DNA of 32,000 nt. It comes from Candidatus Nealsonbacteria bacterium (GTDB lineage: Bacteria > Patescibacteriota > Minisyncoccia > Minisyncoccales > MHMH01). The position numbers and the translations under genes were made by a program. The notes under the pieces are model-generated. The model had not been told where the DNA came from. It did no database searches and saw only the letters and a program-made list of their open reading frames with translations. The stretch spans positions 3,289 through 35,288 of the forward strand of contig JBDRKR010000018.1 in the NCBI GenBank assembly GCA_043813805.1. Direction: 5' to 3'. This document shows, one piece after another, positions 24,792-32,000 of the stretch (the stretch's first letter is position 1; each line of letters begins with the position of its first letter).

Positions 24792-25972
24792 TTTATTGCT
24801 TGCCCTGAGCCGCGTCGAAGGGGCAATTCGATATAAAACGTCGATCCTTTATCTTTTCCTTCGCTTTCCACCCGGATGCGCCCTTCGTGCATCTCGACGA
24901 ATTTTTTAGCCACATGCAGGCCGACGCCCGCTCCATTGGTATAGAGTTTCGAGCCGGAAGCTGCTCGGGAGAACATTTGGAAAAGATTTTTCATTTCGTC
25001 TTCGGTGATGCCGACACCCGTGTCGGAAATAATGATCCGTTCCAGGGTTTCGGTTTTTTCCAATCGGATGGTAACGCCGCCGTCTGTGGTATATTTTATA
25101 GCATTATCAATAATATTCAAGATGATTTGCCGGATTTTCGATTGGTCAGCCATGATTTGGGGCAGCGCTTTCTCGGGTTTCATCAGTTTTAAATATAAGC
25201 CATTTTTATCGGCATTGATTTTGAGTTCGCTGATAATTTCGGAAACAATTTTTTCCAAAGAAACGAGGACCGGGCTGAATGCTATTTTACCCGCTTCAAG
25301 TTTCGTCAGGTCTAAAAGATCATTGACCAAGTTTATCAGTTTCTCGTTGCTTTCATAGACATTTTGGAGCGGTTTTTTTAATCTTGGGAACAGTTTTCCG
25401 TAAGCGCCCTCAATCATCATGGAAAGATATCCCTTCACCGCCGTTAAGGGCGTGCGTAATTGGTGAGAAGCTATAGAAATGAATTCAGACTTAGTCTCAT
25501 CCAACTTTTTTAATTTCCCATAAGCATTTTTCAGTTCTTTGGTTCTTTGTTCAACTTTGCTTTCAAGCCCTTTAGTCAATTCTTCCAAGGCTTCTTTAGC
25601 TTTTTTTTGGGCAAAAACAGCCTCAATGATTTTTTCCGTGCTCTTATTAAAAAAGTAGCCATAAACGATGACCAAAGTGAAAGCAGAGATAATTATCAAC
25701 GTTGAAACCTCCCCTTCAATTAAAAAAGAGACGGTAAAGAGAGCAGCTATTAAAACTAAGCTGATTGTTTGATAATGCAAAAACAGGCAATTGCGGAATT
25801 TAAATTCACAATACTGGCAACGCCTATAGGGAGCGTAACTGAGGTTTTTAACCAGCCAGCAATTTCCGTTAATATATTCAGGCTTTCCTATTTCCGAGCG
25901 GAATGAGGAATCAAGGTTCTGCCGAGGAGAGGTAGGCACGGTTCTTATTGTTTTTTCTTTGAAATTATTCAC
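24788..25972 (-). CDS. Membrane sensor histidine kinase with Cys-rich N-terminal segment
   Basis: H-box FISIASHQLRTPLTAVKGYL; N-box QIILNIIDNAIKYT; ISDTGVGI; GAGVGLHVAKKFVEMHEGRI. Two TM helices preceded by CWLVKNLSYAPYRRCQYCEFKFRNC. Confidence 0.95.
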   Translation of the reverse strand: MNNFKEKTIRTVPTSPRQNLDSSFRSEIGKPEYINGNCWLVKNLSYAPYRRCQYCEFKFRNCLFLHYQTISLVLIAALFTVSFLIEGEVSTLIIISAFTLVIVYGYFFNKSTEKIIEAVFAQKKAKEALEELTKGLESKVEQRTKELKNAYGKLKKLDETKSEFISIASHQLRTPLTAVKGYLSMMIEGAYGKLFPRLKKPLQNVYESNEKLINLVNDLLDLTKLEAGKIAFSPVLVSLEKIVSEIISELKINADKNGLYLKLMKPEKALPQIMADQSKIRQIILNIIDNAIKYTTDGGVTIRLEKTETLERIIISDTGVGITEDEMKNLFQMFSRAASGSKLYTNGAGVGLHVAKKFVEMHEGRIRVESEGKDKGSTFYIELPLRRGSGQAIK

Positions 25973-25985
25973 TTTTTTCCGTCGC

Positions 25986-26411
25986 TTACTTCTTAAAAAT
26001 TTTTTTGAAAAAGACGTACATCAGAGTAGCCACGCAAAAACCGACAAAACAAGCCAAAAATATCAACAAAACCATTATTAAAATAAAAATCCAGGCAAAA
26101 TCAACAAACTTGCCGAAATAAATGAATAAAAAACCTAAAAAGAGTAGTCCCCCTGTCATACCGGAGACAAAGTTTAATTCTCCCGATTCTTTTCGAATCG
26201 GTTTTAATCTTTCTTTCAGCAGCTTTCTTAAAACTAAGGCATGAAATTGATAAGGGATATTAAGCTTCACGGAAAAAATTCCCAAAATCATCAAAAGGCT
26301 AACCGCCAAAACCAGCCAGTGACTATGAATTAAAAAAGCAATCAGAGTTAAGGTTCCGTAAGTGGCTCTGGAAAATCTCAAAGAGCTGTCGTAAATTTGG
26401 CATTGTTGCAT
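25986..26411 (-). CDS. Multi-pass membrane protein, unknown (possibly DUF4395-like)
   Basis: 142-codon ORF with about four hydrophobic segments; starts MQQCQIYDSSLRFSRATYGTLTLIAFLI. Confidence 0.5.
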   Translation of the reverse strand: MQQCQIYDSSLRFSRATYGTLTLIAFLIHSHWLVLAVSLLMILGIFSVKLNIPYQFHALVLRKLLKERLKPIRKESGELNFVSGMTGGLLFLGFLFIYFGKFVDFAWIFILIMVLLIFLACFVGFCVATLMYVFFKKIFKK

Positions 26412-26415
26412 ATTT

Positions 26416-26850
26416 TTATGTTTTATTTTTATTTATCTTTGTTTCGTACGTGGTAGCGTCTAAATTTATTCGATTTGTAAGTTTCCAAAGACTATTTGCG
26501 CGTGTGGGCGAGAAGATTTCTCTTAAATCGGTTTTATCAATAAAATAGAGGTCAGCGTTTTTGATATCTTCCGGTTTCTGATCGGATACGACCCTTATTA
26601 ATAAAGAGATAATTCCCCTTATCATTAAAGATCCGCTGTCGATATCATAGAAGACCCGTCCGTCTTTAAATGCGGAATGAAACCAGGTTTTTACCTGGCA
26701 TCCCTTGATGAGGTTGTCTTCTGTTTTGTATCCCGGATCAATCGGAGGCATTTTTTTCCCCAACTCAATCAGATAATTGTATTTATCCATCCAATTGTCC
26801 AAAATTTTGAATTCGCTGATAATTTCTTCCTGTGTTTCTTGTATGGTCAT
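26416..26850 (-). CDS. sufE: SufE-like sulfur acceptor
   Basis: YLIELGKKMPPIDPGYKTEDNLIKGCQVKTWFHSAFKDGRV; GIISLLIRVVSDQKPEDI. Start at MTIQETQEEI preferred over the listed 26880. Confidence 0.88.
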   Translation of the reverse strand: MTIQETQEEIISEFKILDNWMDKYNYLIELGKKMPPIDPGYKTEDNLIKGCQVKTWFHSAFKDGRVFYDIDSGSLMIRGIISLLIRVVSDQKPEDIKNADLYFIDKTDLREIFSPTRANSLWKLTNRINLDATTYETKINKNKT

Positions 26851-26857
26851 GTATTTC

Positions 26858-28081
26858 TTATTCAAACATTTTTTGAACATTTTTCAGCGCTTCACAGAAG
26901 TAATCTATTTCCTCAAAGGTATTGTAAAAAGCCAAAGACGCTCTGATGGTACCTTCAATTTTATAGTGTTCCCAGAGAGGATGAGTGCAATGATGTCCGA
27001 CGCGCACGGCAATGCCCATTCTGTCTAAGATCATTCCGGCATCATATGAATGAACATTGTTTAATAAAAAAGAGAAAATACAAATTTTGTTTTCCGCCGT
27101 GCCGTACAGCTTCAGTCCGTTTAAAGCCGTGAGTCCGGCTGTTGCATGGTCCAGCAGTTCTTTTTCATAATTTTGTATATTATTTAATCCTATACCCGCC
27201 AGGTAATCCAGGGCTACGCCCAATCCGACGGCGCCAATGTAATTAGGAGTGCCAGCTTCAAATTTAAAAGGTAGGTCATTATAGGTGGTATGTTCAAACT
27301 TCACCCGCTCAATCATGTCTCCCCCGCCCTGGTACGGGGGCATTTCAGACAACCAGCGTTCTTTTCCGTATAAAACCCCTATTCCCATCGGTCCATATAC
27401 TTTATGCCCTGAAAAAGCATAAAAGTCGCAATCCATATCCTGAACATCAATATTTCCGTGTTGAATCGCCTGAGCTCCGTCTATCAGGACGGGAATGTTG
27501 TTTTCGTGCGCAATGGTTATGATTTCTTTGACGGGATTTATGGTGCCAAGGGAATTTGAGATGTGATTAACGGCCACAAGTTTTGTTTTGGAATTGATTA
27601 ATTTTTTATATTCATCCAGCAATAATTCACCCCTATCATTAATGGGAATCACTTTCAGTTTTGCGTCTTTCCGTTTGCACATTATCTGCCAGGGAACAAT
27701 ATTGGAATGATGCTCCATCTCAGATACGATAATCTCATCGTTCTCTTTGACATACGCTTCTCCAAAAGAATAGGCCGCCGCATTAATGGAAGCCGTGGCC
27801 CCGTAAGTAAAAATTATTTCTTTATTGGAGCGAGCATTCAAATAATCTTGAACCTTTTTTCTGGCCAATTCATACCTTTCAGTCATTTGTTCGCTTAAAT
27901 AATGAATCCCCCGGTGGACATTGCTATTTTGTTCAGAAAGTAATTTATTCGTGGCATCTATAACAATTTTGGGCTTCTGGGTGGTGGCCGCATTATCGAA
28001 ATACACAAGGGGTTTCCCGTAAATCTTCTGATCAAGTATCGGAAAATCCTTCCTTATTTTTGTTACGTCAAATTTGTACAT
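26858..28081 (-). CDS. sufS: Cysteine desulfurase, SufS type
   Basis: YFDNAATTQKPKIVIDATNKLL; NVHRGIHYLSEQMTERYE; HHSNIVPWQ; DFYAFSGHKVYGPMGIGVLYGK; RVGHHCTHPL with the active-site Cys. Confidence 0.95.
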   Translation of the reverse strand: MYKFDVTKIRKDFPILDQKIYGKPLVYFDNAATTQKPKIVIDATNKLLSEQNSNVHRGIHYLSEQMTERYELARKKVQDYLNARSNKEIIFTYGATASINAAAYSFGEAYVKENDEIIVSEMEHHSNIVPWQIMCKRKDAKLKVIPINDRGELLLDEYKKLINSKTKLVAVNHISNSLGTINPVKEIITIAHENNIPVLIDGAQAIQHGNIDVQDMDCDFYAFSGHKVYGPMGIGVLYGKERWLSEMPPYQGGGDMIERVKFEHTTYNDLPFKFEAGTPNYIGAVGLGVALDYLAGIGLNNIQNYEKELLDHATAGLTALNGLKLYGTAENKICIFSFLLNNVHSYDAGMILDRMGIAVRVGHHCTHPLWEHYKIEGTIRASLAFYNTFEEIDYFCEALKNVQKMFE

Positions 28082-28142
28082 TTTATAATTTTTGCCTCCT
28101 CAATTTTAAAAGCTGAATTTCTTCAGCAGATATTTTATTATT

Positions 28143-28517
28143 TTACACGATGGAAGCTAAGATTTTTTTAACCTCCAGAACCACTTCGCTCGGCGTATAA
28201 TGAGCCTTGATCAGGTATTTCAACGCGCCGAATTTCAAGCCCTTTTCCACCTCGTCTTTTTGATAAAGATTGGAAAGGATAACTACGGGCAAGTTTTTCA
28301 AATCTTCAGATTGCCTGATCGCCCGGAGAATTTCCCAGCCGTTCATTGTCGGCAAAACAATATCTAAAAGCAAAAGGTTGGGTTTTTGACTCCTGGCTTT
28401 TTCTAAGACTTTATCGCCCTCGCTCACCACCTCCACTTCAAAATCGGCCTGTTTAAGTTTGGTGGTATAAATATCGATGATAAACGGATCGTCTTCGGCT
28501 AATAAGATTTTTTTCAT
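28143..28517 (-). CDS. Stand-alone response regulator receiver domain
   Basis: ILLAEDDPFIIDIYTTKL; LLLDIVLPTMNGWEIL; VILSNL; GALKYLIKAHYTP. Confidence 0.95.
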   Translation of the reverse strand: MKKILLAEDDPFIIDIYTTKLKQADFEVEVVSEGDKVLEKARSQKPNLLLLDIVLPTMNGWEILRAIRQSEDLKNLPVVILSNLYQKDEVEKGLKFGALKYLIKAHYTPSEVVLEVKKILASIV

Positions 28518-28553
28518 ATGGTTTTTTTATTATAACCCTAATTTTCAGTCAAG

Positions 28554-29009
28554 TCAAAAAGTTGTAAGTTCTCCCATTACCTGAATTTGAACCTTTCTCG
28601 GTCTTGATTTGTCGAGTTCCGCCAGAAAAATTCTTTGCCACTGTCCCAACTGCATTTTACCATCAATGACGTTTAAAACTAAATTGGAAGGAAAGTGCAG
28701 GGCTTTGCAGTGGGAATGTCCGTTTTGGCATTCGCCGGCGCACATATTAACGGTTCTTTTGGTAAAATCGTCGTGATTATAGTTAGCTCCTTTGGGAGAA
28801 ATTTGAGACAGGTGTTGTTTAAAGTCTTCCAGCAGCAGCGGTTCATTTTCATTTAAAAATAAAAGAGCGGTTGTGTGCATTGTCTGGATGTTCACGAAAC
28901 CATTTTTAATTTCGGTGGTGCGGACAAACTTTTCCACCTCATCGGTAAAATCAATGAAGTCAAATTCGTCTTTAGTTTGGAATGCCAGCGTTTTGTGAGA
29001 AATTTGCAT
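28554..29009 (-). CDS. YjbQ/UPF0047 family protein
   Basis: GFVNIQTMHTTALLFLNENEPLLLEDF; NGHSHCKALHFPSNLVLNVIDGKMQLGQWQRIFLAELDKSRPRKVQIQVMG. Start at MQISHKTLAF (29009) preferred over 29039, which lies in a hairpin. Confidence 0.88.
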   Translation of the reverse strand: MQISHKTLAFQTKDEFDFIDFTDEVEKFVRTTEIKNGFVNIQTMHTTALLFLNENEPLLLEDFKQHLSQISPKGANYNHDDFTKRTVNMCAGECQNGHSHCKALHFPSNLVLNVIDGKMQLGQWQRIFLAELDKSRPRKVQIQVMGELTTF

Positions 29010-29025
29010 ACTGTTTCTATTATAC

Positions 29026-29054
29026 AAAAGGGTTGTCATTGTGACAACCCTTTT
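29026..29054. terminator. Intrinsic terminator downstream of plsY
   Basis: Perfect 13-bp inverted repeat AAAAGGGTTGTCA-TTG-TGACAACCCTTTT, T-tract in either direction. Confidence 0.9.
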
Positions 29055-29059
29055 AATAA

Positions 29060-29746
29060 TTATGGCTTATTTTTTTTGAACATTTCGCCGAGTTTCAGTA
29101 TCGATTTCCATAAATCCGCCCAGCTGTTTTTACTTTCTTTGCCCCGCCGCCATCTTGCGAAGTTTTGCCGATGAGCAAGAGAGGTAAGTCCTATCGCGAA
29201 AACGACAAACCCCAGAAATGGCCAGGAAAAATCAAACAGCAGGCCGGTAAGAAGCAGGGTGCTTACTGCAGCGATATTACAGAGAAACTTGACTCCATGG
29301 CTTAAGTGGAACATTACGAGCCATGCTGCTATGCCAAGAGCATAAGCGAGTCCCGGGACTAAAGACATCAATCCGCCGATTAATATGGCGATGCCGGCTC
29401 CGCCCGTTTTAAATTTAGTTAGAGCGGGAAAAATGTGGCCTAGGAGCACGGCGGCAAAGCATGCATATAAAATCCAAGCATAGGTATGAAAAACCATACC
29501 GAAGATTATCTGCATGGCGAATATCCAGAATGTACCTTTGATTCCGGCGTCTATCAGAAAAACCACTGCGCCGAGCATTCGGTCGCCCGTTGTCCGTATA
29601 ACATTGGTGGTCCCGCCCTTGCCGCTGCCGGTATTTTCGACTTCAACATCGTTGAAGAATTTGGCCATCGAACGGCCAACTGGCCAAGAACCTATGAAAT
29701 AAGAAATAAAGATAAAAATATATCCGAGGGACAACGCTATATTCAT
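29060..29746 (-). CDS. plsY: Glycerol-3-phosphate acyltransferase PlsY
   Basis: ISYFIGSWPVGRSMAKFFNDVEVENTGSGKGGTTNVIRTTG; CFAAVLLGHIFPALTKFKTGGAGIAILIGGLM. Confidence 0.88.
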   Translation of the reverse strand: MNIALSLGYIFIFISYFIGSWPVGRSMAKFFNDVEVENTGSGKGGTTNVIRTTGDRMLGAVVFLIDAGIKGTFWIFAMQIIFGMVFHTYAWILYACFAAVLLGHIFPALTKFKTGGAGIAILIGGLMSLVPGLAYALGIAAWLVMFHLSHGVKFLCNIAAVSTLLLTGLLFDFSWPFLGFVVFAIGLTSLAHRQNFARWRRGKESKNSWADLWKSILKLGEMFKKNKP

Positions 29747-29792
29747 ACTTTGCCTCCTTTTGTAATGTGCTAAATCGATGTTAATACAAAAC

Positions 29793-29812
29793 CCGCCCTA
29801 AAGCAAGGGCGG
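29793..29812. terminator. Terminator-like hairpin between the Pro-rich protein gene and plsY
   Basis: CCGCCCT-AAAGCA-AGGGCGG with T-runs on both outer sides (outer AAAAC/GTTTT also complementary). Confidence 0.7.
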
Positions 29813-29819
29813 ATGTTTT

Positions 29820-30095
29820 TTAAAATCGAGGCGGTATAGGAGGTATGGGCGGAGGCACGGGAGGAACCGGAGGTTTGGGCGGAATCGGGGGCGGTATAGG
29901 TGGCGTAGGCGGCGCAGCAGGAGGTGCGGACGGTTTGGGAGGCAGAGCGGGCGCTATCGAGGGCGCGGGAGATCGGACGGGCAATCCCGGTTTCTCTATT
30001 TTTTGCGGCAGAAGATTTTTCTTTTTTCTGAAAGCAAAAAGATAGACGGCCACCCCGATTAATACGGTTAAGACGAATAGTAAAAAAAGTGTCAT
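29820..30095 (-). CDS. Small membrane-anchored proline-rich protein
   Basis: MTLFLLFVLTVLIGVAVYLFAFRKKK, then a long P/PP/A-rich low-complexity tail. Confidence 0.55.
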   Translation of the reverse strand: MTLFLLFVLTVLIGVAVYLFAFRKKKNLLPQKIEKPGLPVRSPAPSIAPALPPKPSAPPAAPPTPPIPPPIPPKPPVPPVPPPIPPIPPRF

Positions 30096-30124
30096 ATTAA
30101 TTTTCTATTTTTATTATCCCTTTA

Positions 30125-31336
30125 TCACAATTCTTTGTCAATCAGGTAGATATCGCCCGCTCCCATAATAATAACCACTTCCCCGCTTTTAACCTCTTTC
30201 TTGAGATACGCGACGATTTTATTTTTTGGCAGATAAGACACGCTGTTTTTATTTATCGCTTTTACCAGTTTTTGAGAATCAACTTTTTGCCGGATTTCGC
30301 TACTTTCCCGGCCGGCTACATCAAAAATATCCGTGATGATTAAACGGTCAATCGGAGCTTTTTTGAAGACCTTAACAAAATCATTGAATAAAAAATAAGT
30401 TCTTTCGTATTGATGCGGTTGGTAAACGCACCAGATTTTTTTATTAGGATATTTTTCCCTGCCGGCTTTCAGGGCGGCCAATGCTTTCTGGGGATTGTGG
30501 CCGTAATCGGAAATAAGAATAAAGGGCTTCTGTTTGATAATTTCAAACCGGCGCCAAGCTCCTTTATATCCGGCTAAAGCTGTCAAAGAAATTTTATCGG
30601 GAATTTTCAGAGCACGGGCGGTGGCTAGGGCCACCAAGGCATCATAAACGTTGTGATTGCCCGGCACCCCGAGGATTTTTCTGACCTCAAGGAAGTCTTT
30701 TTTATCGGTTGACTTTCCGGTGATTAAAATTCCGTCTTTGGGTAAGTGTCCGATAAATTTATTGAAAGCCTTTTTGATGTTTTTCAGATTTTTATAAAAG
30801 TCCAAGTGATCGGCCTCGATATTGGTGATGGCCAAAATTTGAGGCCAGTAGTTTAAAAATGAAGCAAAGTGCTCGTCAGCTTCGATTAAAAGATATCGGC
30901 TCTTCCCTATTCTGAAATTGGTATTGTTGAATTCTTTTAATTTTGTGCCGATGATAACCGTGGGGTCAAGCCCCGCCTTGATTAAAATTAAGGCGAGCAT
31001 GGCGGTTGTGGTGGTTTTGCCGTGCGTACCCGAAACGGCGATCGTAAAGTATTCTTTGGTCAGTTGCCCCAAAGCTTCCGGATAACTTAAGGTTGGAATT
31101 TTTGTTTTTGCGATCTTAACCGCCGGGCTGTAAATAATCAGATCGGCATTTTTCGGAATAATATTTTTCCCGATGGATATTTTTGCCCCGTCTTTTTTTA
31201 AGGATTCGGTAATTTCAGAAGATGTAAAATCAGAGCCGGTAACCATGTGCCCCCGGGCCAGATAATATCGGGCAAGAGCGGAAACTCCGATTCCGCCGAT
31301 GCCTATAAAATGAATTATTTTTTTTGTAGCGGGCAT
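30125..31336 (-). CDS. murC: UDP-N-acetylmuramate--L-alanine ligase (Mur ligase)
   Basis: IIHFIGIGGIGVSALARYYLARGHMVTGSD; VSGTHGKTTTTAMLALIL; LIEADEHFASFL; ITNIEADHLDFY; DYGHNPQKALAALKAGREKY. Confidence 0.93.
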   Translation of the reverse strand: MPATKKIIHFIGIGGIGVSALARYYLARGHMVTGSDFTSSEITESLKKDGAKISIGKNIIPKNADLIIYSPAVKIAKTKIPTLSYPEALGQLTKEYFTIAVSGTHGKTTTTAMLALILIKAGLDPTVIIGTKLKEFNNTNFRIGKSRYLLIEADEHFASFLNYWPQILAITNIEADHLDFYKNLKNIKKAFNKFIGHLPKDGILITGKSTDKKDFLEVRKILGVPGNHNVYDALVALATARALKIPDKISLTALAGYKGAWRRFEIIKQKPFILISDYGHNPQKALAALKAGREKYPNKKIWCVYQPHQYERTYFLFNDFVKVFKKAPIDRLIITDIFDVAGRESSEIRQKVDSQKLVKAINKNSVSYLPKNKIVAYLKKEVKSGEVVIIMGAGDIYLIDKEL

Positions 31337-31830
31337 GATTCTAAAATAGTATAATTCGGTCCGGCTTTTTTTAACCGGCTTTCCATCACCTCAAGGGAGT
31401 TTATTTCAAATCCCAAACCGATTTCACGTAAGACCTCCGGTCTTTCTTCCGGTTCGATTCCTCGCCACTCCCACATTTTGATTCTGCCCAAAGTGATGTG
31501 CGGAGTTAAATTTAATTCAGGGATTTTTTCGCCGGTAATCCAAATCATGCGAGGCGGTATTTTCTTGGGCGGGCCGTAGCTTATTTTATCAAGAGTGACC
31601 ATGAACGGTTTATGCTTCTTGGCGAATTCCTCGGTATCTTGGCAGACTTTCATAACTTCATCATCCGAAAGGTTTCCCAAAAATTCCAAAGTGATGTGCA
31701 GGCTCTCTTTCTTCGTCCACCTGATCGGCGAAGGCGGCTGAAAAAGCCCCTCAATCTTTTTTTGATAGTTGGCTAATTGATTTTTGACATCTTCCGGCAG
31801 GTTGATGGCGATAAAAATCCGATGCATCAT
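31315..31830 (-). CDS. thpR: RNA 2',3'-cyclic phosphodiesterase (2H phosphoesterase, ThpR)
   Basis: MHRIFIAINLPEDVK; two HxT motifs, ESLHITLEFLGNL and LTPHITLGRI. Confidence 0.93.
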   Translation of the reverse strand: MMHRIFIAINLPEDVKNQLANYQKKIEGLFQPPSPIRWTKKESLHITLEFLGNLSDDEVMKVCQDTEEFAKKHKPFMVTLDKISYGPPKKIPPRMIWITGEKIPELNLTPHITLGRIKMWEWRGIEPEERPEVLREIGLGFEINSLEVMESRLKKAGPNYTILESCPLQKK

Positions 31831-31874
31831 GTTTTTGAATATTATCACAAATTAGGTTAAAATTAAATAAACTT

Positions 31875-32000
31875 ATGAAGGAAGCGCATCTTTATAAAAA
31901 ATTGAAAAACCAAGTAGTCCAATGTAAAAATTGCGCCCATTATTGTATTGTTTCTCCCGATAAGCGCGGGACTTGCGGCGTCAGGGAGAATATCGCCGGG
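31875..32000 (+). CDS. Partial: N-terminus of AmmeMemoRadiSam-type radical SAM protein, 3' end off the window
   Basis: Translated by hand: MKEAHLYKKLKNQVVQCKNCAHYCIVSPDKRGTCGVRENIAG; the CxxCxxxC...GxCGVRxN pattern is characteristic. Confidence 0.75.
   Translation, partial: MKEAHLYKKLKNQVVQCKNCAHYCIVSPDKRGTCGVRENIAG

Noticed and set aside
25986-26411. Firm DUF4395 assignment for the small membrane protein
   Set aside because: Only vague resemblance by eye; a profile search would be required.
28554-29039. Listed start of the YjbQ-like ORF at 29039
   Set aside because: That start lies in the loop of a perfect 13-bp terminator hairpin; the internal Met at 29009 matches the family.

Overview
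This window looks like a chromosomal segment from a small-genome bacterium of the Patescibacteria/CPR type. That lineage call is an inference from gene style: short genes, tight overlaps, archaeal-type AspRS, and many single-helix small proteins. No rRNA, tRNA, CRISPR array or transposon was recognised. Supported content, left to right: a partial S41 C-terminal processing protease; rplI; pyrG; rpmA; a geranylgeranyl-reductase-like flavoprotein; a cis-prenyltransferase (uppS); an uncharacterised TIM-barrel-like protein; a convergent GNAT/FemAB-like plus ATP-grasp pair; a tyrosine recombinase; a ZIP transporter; a small Trp-rich secreted protein; gltX; an AT-rich two-gene module (pyruvate-kinase-like protein plus MoaA-like radical SAM); a SAM methyltransferase; and a wall-precursor/division block murG-ftsW-[TIM-barrel-like paralog]-murD2-like-murL-like-mraY. 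These are followed by a D-Ala-D-Ala carboxypeptidase, archaeal-type aspS, a histidine kinase, sufE/sufS, a response regulator, yjbQ, plsY, murC, thpR and the first 126 nt of an AmmeMemoRadiSam-type radical SAM gene. Strongest leads: (1) two paralogous, uncharacterised TIM-barrel-like proteins, one overlapping uppS and one between murD2-like and ftsW, suggesting a lipid-II or polyprenyl-linked function; (2) an AT-rich radical SAM + truncated, divergent pyruvate-kinase-like operon at the head of the gltX operon; (3) a MurD2/MurL-type route to D-Glu in the stem peptide; (4) a GNAT/FemAB-like + ATP-grasp pair with its own promoter; (5) a promoter followed immediately by a terminator-like hairpin in the recombinase leader; (6) a family of short repeated hairpins containing GATGAAAGAGGTTT. 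All family assignments come from reading motifs by eye; no database search was run.
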